DNA from: a virus
Reading direction: 5' to 3' (one strand)
IMG/VR virus record: IMGVR_UViG_3300028423_000904
Location: 1 to 64,000 of that record
DNA length: 64,000 bases
The stretch's first letter is position 1, and every line of letters begins with the position of its first letter. Below the pieces are notes generated by a model. That model made no database searches. It was not told the origin of the DNA and saw only the letters and a list, made by a program, of their open reading frames with translations. The translations under genes were made by a program, and so were the position numbers. This document shows positions 10,801 to 21,343 of the stretch, piece by piece.

Positions 10801-13800
10801 CTTCCTGAAGTGATTAACAATTATGGCGACACACAGAATCATATTCAGGCATGGATTAGAGACTATGATTATGATCTTGAAAAATATATAGAACGTCCTC
10901 TTGTCAAGGGCATCGATTATACAATTTCTGGTCCCAATCTTGTGTTGTCAACTGATAATGACATTGTGACAAATTCAGGAAGCATCGTTGTTTCTTCTGG
11001 CGAAACCGTTGTTACTGATTCATACTATACAGGGTCAGAAACATACCCAACCACACTGACAATTCGTTGGTATGATTATAACAAGAACAGTCATGTTCCG
11101 TTCAGTGCAGTTAAGCTAGGGTTCTTCCGTCCTACACAAGTTGAAGTTGTGGACGGAGAACTTATTGGTCACGATGGTTCACGTTATGAACTCACAGGAA
11201 GTGACCTAGTTGATATGGAGAGCAGCAACTTTGATGTTATAGCTGCCGCGTTGTGGGATTTTGAACTTCGTATCTACAATAACCTTGTTGATAAGCATTT
11301 TGTTGGAAATGACATGGGACAGGACATGATGGACTTCTATCCGAACCCAGTCAGTGAATTTGCTTATACAGTTGATGATATCAATATTAGATTGGATGAT
11401 TGGTATAACCGCTGGGCAATTGAAAATGGAATTAGTGAAATTGATAATATTCCATACTCTGCTGGTGACGAGTTTACATGGAATTATTCTACTGTGGGTC
11501 CTGAGCTAGGAAGTTGGCGTTCACTATATGTGTATAATTTTGGAACAGACCGTCCAGACACACACCCATGGGAAATGCTAGGCCACCGCGTAAAGCCAAC
11601 TTGGTGGGATGATACCTACTCGTGGGATGCAGGATCAAAGCGTGACGCCCTCTTAGAAGCTCTGAAATACGGCATCACAGGCAACAAGACATCTGCATCA
11701 TATGTTGATATCAGGTATGCACGTTCAAATTATGATTGGGATAATGATGTTCTTGTAACTGATGATGGCACAGCAACACTAAATGGACCTGTCACAGCTA
11801 ATGTCGTATCTTCACCTGCGAGCGTCGACGCTGCAAAAGATTTTGTTTTTGGAGATTGGAGTGAAGTTGAAAACCAGTGGAGGAAAACAAGCGAATACTT
11901 GTTCGCACTTGCAGAGGTATACTTGCAACTCAAGCCATACCGTGTTCATGAACTTTTTTGGAGACTGGATCAGTGGAATGTTAACCAATCAGTCACACAA
12001 GAGCAGTGGGTTGATCCTGACAGTTGCCAGAGAACACATTATATTGAGATGCATAATCAGCTTATTGAGGATGGCGTTCTAGCAAAAATTAAGGTTCTGG
12101 ATGGCGGGTTCAATTATAGCAGCCTGACATTTGATTTTACTCCTGACAAACTTTGCTATCGCAATGCAGATGCCGAAGCTTACACGGATAGTGGAAACGT
12201 AACAGGTGTTGCAGTTCTTGATCCTGGGCGCGGGTTCGAGAAAGATCCTGATGTAGAATTGATTGGGTCGAGTGGTTCTTCAGGTGTTGAGTTGGAATAC
12301 ACGATTGATCAAGAATTTGTAATCACCCGTCTGGGATATATCAGTCTTCCATCAGAAGAATTCCGTGTAAATGAACGTTATACAAATGATTTAACAGCTA
12401 CTCTGTCCAATCTGGATATCTCATATATGTTGCACGTTGGTGGTTACACCGACAAGAGAATACTTGATGTTCAAATTGATGGTGATTCGGATTCTGGATT
12501 GATTAATATTCCGCAGAATAGTTATAATATCCTTATTGATCGTAATGCGCCAAATCAAACATTGTTCTACTCAGGTGTGAAAATCGAAAAAGTTGAAGGC
12601 GAAGGTTATCGTGTTGAAGGTTATAATCTTGACAGTAAGTATTTCAATTATCTTCGTCCGTCAACAGCAGGTAAACAAACTTCTGTTCAGATTGGTAATA
12701 CGATGGTTACCAAGTATCTCAAATGGCATAATGAAATTGCACGTATACCATATCGAACAACATTTATCAAGCGTCAAGAGCTATATCAATTCTTGTTGGG
12801 TCTGGCAGAATATTACGAAACACAGGGATTTGCTGTTAGATCACAATGGGAAGCTGAAGCACGTGATGCAATTGAATGGGCTCTCAGTAATGACACGGAT
12901 CCGTTCTATGTTAATGGCATTGGTAGCGAGCTTGTTTTCAAGCAAGGAAGCACAGGTGTTGTGCAAACAATCGACGTCAATTACGATGGTGTAAACAATG
13001 TTCTAGACCACAACTATAAAGGAATTCGTCGTAATGATCTCCTTGTATTGCGCGACGAAAACCAGACTGAAATATCACTGAGAAATGGTGATGATCGAAT
13101 TTATGGTCTTGGTGTTCGTGTGGTAGAATTTGAACATATTATTGTTATCGACAATGTTACAGTGTTTAATGATCCTATATACCAGCCAGAATTGGGCCTA
13201 GGACAAAATCGTGTCCGTCTAGTTGGTGAAAGAACCAGGAATTGGAACGGACGAGTTGAAGCACCAGGATATATTGTTCAGGATCGCGGATTGGTTCTTA
13301 ATATTGAAAGCAGTGTTCGTGAACTAGAAACCGACTGGGTAACATCAGAAAGCAAGGCACTAGAACGTCTAACACGACAGACCATTGGTTTCAATGTCGG
13401 GTATAGTAAACCCACATACATGACCAATACCTTTGTTGGTGATCTTTCAGCATATCGTTTTGAAAAGGGTGAACGCAAATACCGAGGAACAGAATCTGCT
13501 ATTGAAGCAATGACTAGAAGTAAAAATGTTTTTGGTGCAGAATTTGAGCATGAATTATATGAAGAGTGGATGGTTCGTCTTGGTGATTACGGTGATGTTA
13601 GTGAGCGCAACCCTCTAAAATTTGCTGTTGATCCAGACAAAATCAAAAACGATCCACAGCATTTCCGATTCAATGAAATCTTTAGAAGTGATCGTAGTGA
13701 TGACCTAATCATTGATATCAATAAAGGCGGCAATGATGCGATCAGTGGAGATTTTAATTCACCATTTAGCATTTACAATGTTCTTCGCCAAGACAACACA

Positions 13801-16800
13801 AGCATTCAGGATCTTGAAGAATATCAGGAATTCACTCGTGATGCTGGGTTGCCACTTGTTAGTGAAATTGATTACTTCCTAGGAAGTATCGACGACATCG
13901 GAGACATCTATGACCCGACGCAGCCTTATGCATTGATTCCAAATTGGAGTGAAACCACTGCATATGTTCAGGGTGATGAAGTTCGTCGTTACGGCAAGGT
14001 TTACAGGCTAAAAATTGAGTCAACCGGACTGACCAATGTTCGTGATGATATTGTAGTTCGAGGAACTCAGGTGTTCCCGCAAATTGCAAATGGTGAAACA
14101 TTTATTGCAAATAATGAAACTGTAACATTCAGCAAGACCGAACAAAATGTCACATTTGATAACATCGTTCTAGATGGAACCGTTACAAATCCAACCGTTC
14201 CTTCAGGTTCAACTCTTGTTCTTGATGGCATTAATGTTAACTTTATCAAAACAGAAACCACAACAAATTACAGTGATATTTTGATTGAAGGGAATGTTAT
14301 TAATCCTACCATTGAGAATGGAGCCAGCCGAACAGTTACTATCAATTATGCAAACAATGCAACCAATCCTCTTACAACTGTAACAGTTGATTTCGACGAG
14401 CTTGATACTGAACTCACAATGCAGCAGATCTGGATTAATGCACTTGATACCGCAGGTGTTGGAGACCCAGTGAGCTTCACGAATGATCGTATATCTGCAT
14501 TGGCTGCACTACAAACAGCATATATCGGAGCAAATAACGTATCGGCCTGGGAATCATTTATCAATGATTATTTTGATTCAACAGCCAATCCTGATCTTTA
14601 TATCAATCCAGAGTTTTTAGGATCGCAGGTTCAAGCTAACCCAGGCGCAGCATGGGAGACACAAGCTAGAAACCTAATTGACCTTGATCTTGCTCTAATT
14701 GAAGAGTTATCTGGTAATACCTCGACTGAAGATCAATCATCAATAGTTAGTGGAACGCTTAATGACTCTGCACAGTTCAACAGTGATCGTGATGAAGCCA
14801 ACAACCTGTTAGATTATAATAACACAGCAAATGACGACAACCAAAATCTCCAGTCATTCCGCACTTTTGTTGAAACCAATGGTGGGACAACCATTGCTAG
14901 TGGTGTTGAAGTCACAGTTATCAATCCAAAAGAATATGTAATTGATGATCTTTCAGCAATCGTTACAAAAATTAACAATGCGTTGACCGCAGCTAGTGCC
15001 CCATCAGATATCAGTGCAGAAGCAACCGGTAGTGACACATTACTATTGAAGCGTGAAAACAACGAAGAAGGATACCGCTTGGGTGTTGAAGTAGACACCG
15101 ATCTTGGTTTTGTTGGCGCTGATAAAGATGTCGAAACACAGGGTTCAACAGTTACTGGGCCAGTCGATCTAACACTTACTGAAGCAGCCGTTGCTATTAA
15201 TAATGCAAGTGTTTCTGGAGTATCAGCACAAGTTAACACAAATGTTCTTCGTCTTGTAAGTGTAAATCAAACCCTCACTGTTGGAAGTGGATCAGCGAAC
15301 GATGATCTTGGATTTACCATTGGAACATACAATGCATCTTCAAACACAACTACCATTCCAGTTGATCTGTCAGTTGGTGATGTTGTGTCACAAATAAATG
15401 CAGCAAACATTGAAAACTTAACAGCAAGCCAGGTTGAAGGTGTGTTGCTCATTACATACATTGGTGAAACATTGGAAATTGGTGCAGGCACTGCCAATGC
15501 AGAACTTGGACTTGCACAAGATACATATGAATCACTAACCAACGAAGTCCAAAATGTATTCAATTCAGATGATTGGACTGTAGTACAAGAGCCTGCACAT
15601 TTTAATATCTGGACAATTGACAATATTGGTTCAGATCCGTTTGGATCAGCAGTTACAACAAATCGTTACGATGTATACCAGACTGTTGATTTTGATATTG
15701 GAATTCTTGAGGTCTGTGCAGGAAACGAGAGTGGCGACAATGCACTTGTAAAAACCGACACACCGCATACATTAAATGTTGGTGATTATTTCCTAATTGT
15801 TAATTCAACTTGTGTTCCAAGTGCAGACGGTATCCATCAAGTAACAGGTTTGTTAAATGACCAAGGCTTCTACTATGACCAGTATATTGATGAAAAAGGG
15901 TTTACTGGCAAAGTTATACCGTTGCGCTCAGTTCGTTTTGCTAGCAATGTTGAAGCGGAGCAGGCTCTTGAAAATTCTGATTATATACAGAGCACAAAAG
16001 GTCTACGCAATGGAGATTATGTATATGTTGATGACATAATCCAAAATGGCACATCTCAAGGAAAAGGTGCGGTGTATACCGTAGACAGAACATTCAGTGG
16101 CAATGGATTAAAATTAGTTCGTGAAGAAGTTGGTAAAACCAAGAATAATGAAATTAAAAATGGTGTTCTATACAGTGGCGAAACTGGAGAAACTCTAATT
16201 AGATTCGAAGTGTTTGATCCACTCAAAGGAATTATTCCTGGAATTGCTGATCGTGAAATCGACTTGCGTAGCGATGTTGATTTTGCAAATTATAATAACA
16301 GCACTGATCCAGACACAGACCTCAAAGAAGAAAATGCTTGGGGTGATAAGCAGGTAGGCACTGTATGGTGGGATTTGAGCAATGCAATCTATCTCAACTA
16401 CGACCAGAGCACACCAGAATATCGTCAGGAACATTGGGGCCAGTTGTTCCCAACTGGTTCAATTGACATTTATGAATGGACCAAGAGTCCTGTCACACCA
16501 GATCAGTATACTGGTGCAGTGCAAGCTGGAACAACTATAGATGGTATCGAATTAACTGGAATTCCGTATGGAATTCGTGATCAATTTGGCGAAATCCAGT
16601 ATAACTGGTGTGAAGAAGTAGAACTCAACCCTAATACAAATCAGGTAGAAACCTATTATTATTTCTGGGTTGGTAACAAAACAACCACACCAACACTAGA
16701 TCGTGAATACTCAGTGTTGCAACTAGAAGATATTATCTTGAATCCAACTTCGCAGCAAGTTGATTGGCTAGCGGCAACTAGTGAGAACACGTTGCTGGCA

Positions 16801-18999
16801 AGCAGTCTACGTAATGCAATTGGATATGATGATCTTGTAATGCTTGTTAATTTTGATCGTAATAGCAGTGACTATCACCAAGAATTTATACTATTGGCCG
16901 AAAATGATCCAAGCACTCAAATTCCAGAATGGCTGCATATCAGTCTACGAGATAGTCTTGCAGGATTTACACAAGCTAAAGGAACATACGAATACGAACA
17001 GTGGGATTCATCAGAAACATACGTGCCAGATGAAATTGTGAAAGGTTCTAGTGGCAATTACTTCCGTTGCCATACTGAATCAACCAATAATGATCCAGAT
17101 CTGGACACTGACAATGATTATTGGACACAACTTGAGTTCAACGAACTTAATCCGGATGGTGACTTTAACGGTGTGAACACAGTTGCAGTTAACGAACCTC
17201 AGATGATACCTGACTTGTCGTTGCATCCAATTGTTCGTTATGGTCTAGAAACTCGTCCACACCAAGCCTGGTTCCAGGATGTATCTGAAGCTCGACGAGT
17301 CCTTGTAGACAAATTAAATGATCAACTCGCTGATATCAATTTGATTGATAGTGATATTCCGTGGAGAGAAGAATTTGAACGTTCATTCTCCATTGGAGAT
17401 CTTGAATATGATATACGTGATTACTGGAATTTTATTGATTGGTCAGCAAGTGATTATATTTTTGATACCAGCACTGGTGATTATTTCTTTGAAACAGTGT
17501 CTCAATTGGGAAATGTGACACCATCCGAAGGTGAGATTGCACATATTGAAACTAGTTCTAATCCAGATGGACGTAGCCGCAAGCAAGTATTCAAATATAC
17601 AAATGGCGAATGGGTTCTTGTTTTCAAAGAAAAAGCAACAATCAAGTTCAATACCCTGCTATGGGACAATGATGCAAACAATGCTGGGTGGGACGTTGCT
17701 GGATGGGACACCACGCCTTGGGACCTTACACCTGCAAGTGTTGTTGTTGAAATATTTGAAAGCTTCTACAATAAGATTTGGATCGAAGAAAGAAACATTC
17801 TTTATACCGATGTCTGGTTCCACCTTGCCAAGCATGTTATGCATGAACAAGAAGAAGTTGATTGGATTTTCAAAACCAGCTACTTCAAGATGATTGCTGA
17901 AGATGAACTTGAAAAGAGATACAACAAATATTTCTCAGACAATGTAGAAGACTTCTTTGACTTTATTAATACGGTAAAGCCATTCCGTAGTAAACTACGT
18001 GAAAGCATTGTAAGAAAAACTACGGATGAAGAAATCACAATGAACATGCAAGACACACTCGAAGTGAGGGTGCAGACAAACGAACTGCTAACTGAATCAG
18101 ACAATACCGATGAACAAGAAGGCAAACGTATTGTAGATCCATTTACACGTTCATTCCGCCTAACAGTTGGCAAAGACGGAAATAACTATTCAAGTCAAAT
18201 TGTCGACGATCATAAAGTGTTGCTAGGTTTGAGTATCGGTCCAGATGACACCGTAATTCCATACCTCAATGTAGGAGATACTACCCTACCAAACAACTCA
18301 GGTGCAATATGGATTAATGGAGAACGAATCGAATACACATCCAAGACCTTGATTACAAGTTCTGGTATTGGTTCAGGATTTAGCAGCGGATTTAGTTCAG
18401 GATTTGGTGGTGTTACATTGCTTACAGGCATAACACGTGGCACACAAGGAACTCTTGCTCGTGCACATAGTTATGGTGATATCATTGAAGATGAAACAGG
18501 ATTTGAGTTGGTTGAAAATAACACATTGAGTGATTATGGAAATGACATTCTTGCAGCATGGAATGAAAGTGGTGATCACTTGCTTAGTGATACGAACTCA
18601 AACGCAAACGCGGTTACTATCAGAGGAACGACCCTTGCAATAACTGGTATTACACAAGCTGATCCAGCAGTGGTTACTGTAGCAGATACAAGCTCGCTAT
18701 CAACCGGTATGACTGTGGGTATTAAAGATGTTGTGGGCATGACAGAAGTGAATGATCGTGCATTCACAATTACAGTAATTGATGGCACTACATTCAGCCT
18801 AGATGACGTAGACTCTTCTGGTTACACCGCTTATACATCAGGTGGCGTAGTTGATAATGGTGACTTGTTTGGAACCATTGAGCCTTATGGTAGCATCTTG
18901 TATACTCAGTGGCTCACATTGTCAGAAACAAACGAAGCAATTTCCGAATTCCAGGACGAATTGCAGGAATTAATCGAGACCTATTATACTACAATCTAA
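7897..18999 (+). CDS. Giant (3700 aa) virion structural protein, probable baseplate wedge (gp7-position) with CBM5/12-like and FCCH-like inserted domains
   Basis: Single uninterrupted ORF after gp6; GWD/PWD repeats; WSETTAYVQGDEV and WDSSETYVPDEIV CBM-like motifs; ITGITQADPAVVTV...GMTEVN...YTAYTSGG domain; NTVKPFRSKLRE near C-terminus. Confidence 0.75.
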   Translation: MSTNYSAKPTDVKNFTTSAEVNLPQDFQDYSEFLPHINRTESLQRFFGATVNQLLSSGSTQTIDAFWGRLSGRDYNPDRDIFNPETSADRLNYQFQPGTVSKLAGEPQQTVSYVNWLKRLESLGADLDNHDRVFSEPGYVLDLPINTDMFVNYDNYYWLEGDIPLIEIEATVTDPIDIDDIVAVSEYTTPTLGNYKTVEFVTGLRVKFIGDYVSSTSGDYSADAIYFVENVGDRDGIKLVEIQDAAGNDRFPRYTPYYIQPREGWDTVDWDTTPWDGFADFEEYNISTTETREDLALNKSYIVMERWAEDKNPWARTNRWFSIHALRVATEYNELDLEAYLNNKTRAKRPIVEFQANMELYNTCSTFVETIDYVISIEQLTEMLSGRANFFIDSENAIQNGDTILVAKDEPGGIELVEFNEDFNDDFDAGESSDGPFGTSFSKAFNIGIQNIFYEDSFTITGVGSSISITPYNSYNNDEYIIVKKGTEKGKIYCYDNGTWSEAQTKETRGSHPLFNLYDQEKTALESFDNTDFQGDKVFGYKTSSAGIYDRELGMSPEYTNDGVFGNFRFEWTLTNNRYNQDITINTAEEIRGFYFWRDRVRDEYFNGWSNIRGSQRVPLIQTQVSDGDNQIEFELGTTEIDHTTEYTVSLVDGAYRWYDHSYIDRTPIGYANPEFVWKYDTEYTINDLISVPADKLEFVDPYGNTDANITVATVSDVLKKVEISSSYDYGVVLYRMQSDPTVYGEIHLTNENHERVRVYKNGQILSIDDDYTISGTTLSVTADCQEDDVVELMYVADTDLENVVYDVAPVHFYNNENNPFTEAGYDDLINHLSRQLSAMPGFEGDIFGLNNYHKTLRLNTYDGLIRQQIHRTKLLHYLLDQENINPIRALKTNAKDYANFKKYFRNKIHQLWKTESWNSVRELVDRAISDINIGKNNDFKYAHSDMLYASQYKTLTYEITDATTTFALPEVINNYGDTQNHIQAWIRDYDYDLEKYIERPLVKGIDYTISGPNLVLSTDNDIVTNSGSIVVSSGETVVTDSYYTGSETYPTTLTIRWYDYNKNSHVPFSAVKLGFFRPTQVEVVDGELIGHDGSRYELTGSDLVDMESSNFDVIAAALWDFELRIYNNLVDKHFVGNDMGQDMMDFYPNPVSEFAYTVDDINIRLDDWYNRWAIENGISEIDNIPYSAGDEFTWNYSTVGPELGSWRSLYVYNFGTDRPDTHPWEMLGHRVKPTWWDDTYSWDAGSKRDALLEALKYGITGNKTSASYVDIRYARSNYDWDNDVLVTDDGTATLNGPVTANVVSSPASVDAAKDFVFGDWSEVENQWRKTSEYLFALAEVYLQLKPYRVHELFWRLDQWNVNQSVTQEQWVDPDSCQRTHYIEMHNQLIEDGVLAKIKVLDGGFNYSSLTFDFTPDKLCYRNADAEAYTDSGNVTGVAVLDPGRGFEKDPDVELIGSSGSSGVELEYTIDQEFVITRLGYISLPSEEFRVNERYTNDLTATLSNLDISYMLHVGGYTDKRILDVQIDGDSDSGLINIPQNSYNILIDRNAPNQTLFYSGVKIEKVEGEGYRVEGYNLDSKYFNYLRPSTAGKQTSVQIGNTMVTKYLKWHNEIARIPYRTTFIKRQELYQFLLGLAEYYETQGFAVRSQWEAEARDAIEWALSNDTDPFYVNGIGSELVFKQGSTGVVQTIDVNYDGVNNVLDHNYKGIRRNDLLVLRDENQTEISLRNGDDRIYGLGVRVVEFEHIIVIDNVTVFNDPIYQPELGLGQNRVRLVGERTRNWNGRVEAPGYIVQDRGLVLNIESSVRELETDWVTSESKALERLTRQTIGFNVGYSKPTYMTNTFVGDLSAYRFEKGERKYRGTESAIEAMTRSKNVFGAEFEHELYEEWMVRLGDYGDVSERNPLKFAVDPDKIKNDPQHFRFNEIFRSDRSDDLIIDINKGGNDAISGDFNSPFSIYNVLRQDNTSIQDLEEYQEFTRDAGLPLVSEIDYFLGSIDDIGDIYDPTQPYALIPNWSETTAYVQGDEVRRYGKVYRLKIESTGLTNVRDDIVVRGTQVFPQIANGETFIANNETVTFSKTEQNVTFDNIVLDGTVTNPTVPSGSTLVLDGINVNFIKTETTTNYSDILIEGNVINPTIENGASRTVTINYANNATNPLTTVTVDFDELDTELTMQQIWINALDTAGVGDPVSFTNDRISALAALQTAYIGANNVSAWESFINDYFDSTANPDLYINPEFLGSQVQANPGAAWETQARNLIDLDLALIEELSGNTSTEDQSSIVSGTLNDSAQFNSDRDEANNLLDYNNTANDDNQNLQSFRTFVETNGGTTIASGVEVTVINPKEYVIDDLSAIVTKINNALTAASAPSDISAEATGSDTLLLKRENNEEGYRLGVEVDTDLGFVGADKDVETQGSTVTGPVDLTLTEAAVAINNASVSGVSAQVNTNVLRLVSVNQTLTVGSGSANDDLGFTIGTYNASSNTTTIPVDLSVGDVVSQINAANIENLTASQVEGVLLITYIGETLEIGAGTANAELGLAQDTYESLTNEVQNVFNSDDWTVVQEPAHFNIWTIDNIGSDPFGSAVTTNRYDVYQTVDFDIGILEVCAGNESGDNALVKTDTPHTLNVGDYFLIVNSTCVPSADGIHQVTGLLNDQGFYYDQYIDEKGFTGKVIPLRSVRFASNVEAEQALENSDYIQSTKGLRNGDYVYVDDIIQNGTSQGKGAVYTVDRTFSGNGLKLVREEVGKTKNNEIKNGVLYSGETGETLIRFEVFDPLKGIIPGIADREIDLRSDVDFANYNNSTDPDTDLKEENAWGDKQVGTVWWDLSNAIYLNYDQSTPEYRQEHWGQLFPTGSIDIYEWTKSPVTPDQYTGAVQAGTTIDGIELTGIPYGIRDQFGEIQYNWCEEVELNPNTNQVETYYYFWVGNKTTTPTLDREYSVLQLEDIILNPTSQQVDWLAATSENTLLASSLRNAIGYDDLVMLVNFDRNSSDYHQEFILLAENDPSTQIPEWLHISLRDSLAGFTQAKGTYEYEQWDSSETYVPDEIVKGSSGNYFRCHTESTNNDPDLDTDNDYWTQLEFNELNPDGDFNGVNTVAVNEPQMIPDLSLHPIVRYGLETRPHQAWFQDVSEARRVLVDKLNDQLADINLIDSDIPWREEFERSFSIGDLEYDIRDYWNFIDWSASDYIFDTSTGDYFFETVSQLGNVTPSEGEIAHIETSSNPDGRSRKQVFKYTNGEWVLVFKEKATIKFNTLLWDNDANNAGWDVAGWDTTPWDLTPASVVVEIFESFYNKIWIEERNILYTDVWFHLAKHVMHEQEEVDWIFKTSYFKMIAEDELEKRYNKYFSDNVEDFFDFINTVKPFRSKLRESIVRKTTDEEITMNMQDTLEVRVQTNELLTESDNTDEQEGKRIVDPFTRSFRLTVGKDGNNYSSQIVDDHKVLLGLSIGPDDTVIPYLNVGDTTLPNNSGAIWINGERIEYTSKTLITSSGIGSGFSSGFSSGFGGVTLLTGITRGTQGTLARAHSYGDIIEDETGFELVENNTLSDYGNDILAAWNESGDHLLSDTNSNANAVTIRGTTLAITGITQADPAVVTVADTSSLSTGMTVGIKDVVGMTEVNDRAFTITVIDGTTFSLDDVDSSGYTAYTSGGVVDNGDLFGTIEPYGSILYTQWLTLSETNEAISEFQDELQELIETYYTTI

Positions 19000-19026
19000 A
19001 TAAATATCGTAAAGTCAGGAAAAAGC

Positions 19027-19554
19027 ATGGTAATAAACACAGTAAATCAGTTGGTTGAATTGTTAAACCAAGTTGACGTAGACGCAACTGTCTTGTCAAA
19101 CATCATTAATGACAGTCCACAAGAACAATCAAATGGCCCGCTGGCTGGTGTTGTTACAACAAGACTAGGTGCGAATGTCAAGAATATTCAAAAGGTTATT
19201 GAAGATGCCGAAGATACTATTGAAGCGGCAGCACTTGCTAGTATAAATGCACAAACTGGAACCTCGTATTCACTCACTCTTGACGACCGTAATGCAATAG
19301 TTACCATGGCAAATGCAAGCGCAAACACACTCACGATTGAACCAACATCAACCACTGCTTACCCTGCTGGTTTTACAGTTGAGGTTGTGCAATTGGATGA
19401 TGGTGTGACAACCATACAAGCAGGCCCGGGCGTAACATTAAATGGTGTTATAGCTGGTGGAGGCGACTTGACCGCGAAATATTCTGTTGTAAAGTTGCGT
19501 CATGTAGCAGCGGATATTTGGATTGTAGATGGAGCAATCGGGGCTATTGCTTGA
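19027..19554 (+). CDS. Fibre adaptor-like structural protein (C-terminal domain shared with 53981..54424 and 58488..58874)
   Basis: INAQTGTSYSLTLDD...TMANASANTLTI domain repeated in two other ORFs; late motif at 19000. Confidence 0.6.
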   Translation: MVINTVNQLVELLNQVDVDATVLSNIINDSPQEQSNGPLAGVVTTRLGANVKNIQKVIEDAEDTIEAAALASINAQTGTSYSLTLDDRNAIVTMANASANTLTIEPTSTTAYPAGFTVEVVQLDDGVTTIQAGPGVTLNGVIAGGGDLTAKYSVVKLRHVAADIWIVDGAIGAIA

Positions 19555-19972
19555 CCTGATCAACAATAGTCGTAATTTTACTCATAATACGCGGGTTTTG
19601 TAAAACCAATTTCGCGCCTGGGTGCAATGGGACTGGATAGCGGTCATAATTAACCCAGGCGTAACCTTCACTTTCCCCATTAATTTGAGGGACGAATTCA
19701 TCTGGTGTAGTGGCAAGGAATGTATCATATTCAAATGATTGATCATTGCTCACCATTTTATGTATAGGATAGAATTTTGTAATCTCTGGGAGGAAGCCTA
19801 GTTCTTCCTGAAGTTCTCGCTCTATAGTTTGAACAGGTAGTTCGTCAGCCTCACAGCCTCCACCCCAAAATCCCCAGTAATTTTTATTCTTACGGTCAGG
19901 TTTGCGCAGTTGCAATAACATACGTCCTGTCTTTTCGCTGAGTAAAATACAGCCACTTGCTTTGATTGTCAT
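19544..19972 (-). CDS. Nudix hydrolase
   Basis: Nudix box GGGCEADELPVQTIERELQEELG and C-terminal LHPG; start moved to MTIKASG, just after the gp15 stop. Confidence 0.9.
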   Translation of the reverse strand: MTIKASGCILLSEKTGRMLLQLRKPDRKNKNYWGFWGGGCEADELPVQTIERELQEELGFLPEITKFYPIHKMVSNDQSFEYDTFLATTPDEFVPQINGESEGYAWVNYDRYPVPLHPGAKLVLQNPRIMSKITTIVDQVKQ

Positions 19973-19982
19973 TTTTGATCCG

Positions 19983-21335
19983 TTAAATGTATAGTCGCCA
20001 CCAACCTTCTCTATAAGTGCCCTCATATGAACTCTGCCACACTTCTGTGGTCCATTCAAATTGGTCACTAGTATATAGGTTGGTTACATACTCAGTTGTT
20101 CCGCTAGCACTTGCGTCAAAGCTAACGACCCATGATGATCCATTGTATTCGATAATATCATATTGATTAGCAACGATTGGACCCCAACCACCAGCGACTG
20201 GAACGTCATCTAGAATTAAATATCTGTCGCCAATTGAAGCTGGTGGTAGTGTTCCATCTCCCGGATAATTGTTGTTTGGATTAACAATATTGTTTACGCT
20301 ATTTAATGTATTTGAAGGAAGAGTATCTTGATCGATTGTGACAATTAGCTTTTGTGGATTATTGGGATCAATATCAAGTGTTCCAATAACATCATTGTCT
20401 GGATCAGTTACATCGTTTCCTTGTCTTAAGCGAATCTGGCTAATACCCGGGCGCAGTTCTCCATAATATTCAAATACATCTTCATTCCATGTTAGCACAC
20501 TACCATCGCCGCCCTGTGCATCACCAGAACGTGTTAATAGCAATGCCGAACCATTTTCATATCTGATCCAGTAATCTTCTAGTGTGGTTACGACAAAACT
20601 GCTTTCTGGTCCAGTAATTGTATCCACAGTCCAAGTTTCGAAGTCTTCGAGATCCAATGTATGTATTTGTGTAAGTATTGTTTGGATAATATTCATGCGC
20701 TGCACACGAACGGGCGGATTAATGAAGATGGGCATCTGGAATGTTAGTGTAGCAACATCGATTACAGTGTCGGTTCCAGTTGGAAGTGTTCGACTTGACC
20801 AATTGGTTCCGGTCATTTCACAATATGTAAGGCTTGACCAATCCAGGACATTCTGATTTGTGTGCAAATTGATACCAGGATTAAAAAGAACAAGGATCTG
20901 TTCAAGCAACTGTAATTTTTGATCAGTATTACTTGTCCAAACATCTACATTCATTGTGAGCAGGTATGGAACAGGCTGGTAACGTGTTACATCATAGCTT
21001 TGTCCTGGTTCGTCCACGTATCCATGCTTGTTTTCATCAAACTCTTTTTCAATAACTTGTAATGTTTCTTCGAATTGCGGATAACGGCGTAAATCCGCAT
21101 TCATTTCTAGATCGTTTACATAACAACTGATAAATGGTACCGTGTTAAGAGTATTTTCGGAATTTTCTTTAAGAATATGTCCAACTTGACGGCTCATATC
21201 GCCGTATCTAGCAGGGACCTGTTCGTAAATAGGATTTCCTTGTTGGTCAAATCCTTTCTGAACTGTGAATGATCCAAAGATGCGAACGAATTGCAGTAGG
21301 TATCGTCTAACTTGTCCGTCGTAAAAAAAGTTCAT
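19983..21335 (-). CDS. gp15: Tail sheath stabilizer/terminator gp15-like with C-terminal extension
   Basis: FFYDGQVRRYLLQF, PVPYLLTMNVDVWTSNTDQKLQLLEQILVLFNP motifs; adjacent to gp14/gp13. Confidence 0.8.
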   Translation of the reverse strand: MNFFYDGQVRRYLLQFVRIFGSFTVQKGFDQQGNPIYEQVPARYGDMSRQVGHILKENSENTLNTVPFISCYVNDLEMNADLRRYPQFEETLQVIEKEFDENKHGYVDEPGQSYDVTRYQPVPYLLTMNVDVWTSNTDQKLQLLEQILVLFNPGINLHTNQNVLDWSSLTYCEMTGTNWSSRTLPTGTDTVIDVATLTFQMPIFINPPVRVQRMNIIQTILTQIHTLDLEDFETWTVDTITGPESSFVVTTLEDYWIRYENGSALLLTRSGDAQGGDGSVLTWNEDVFEYYGELRPGISQIRLRQGNDVTDPDNDVIGTLDIDPNNPQKLIVTIDQDTLPSNTLNSVNNIVNPNNNYPGDGTLPPASIGDRYLILDDVPVAGGWGPIVANQYDIIEYNGSSWVVSFDASASGTTEYVTNLYTSDQFEWTTEVWQSSYEGTYREGWWRLYI

Positions 21336-21343
21336 ACTATTAA

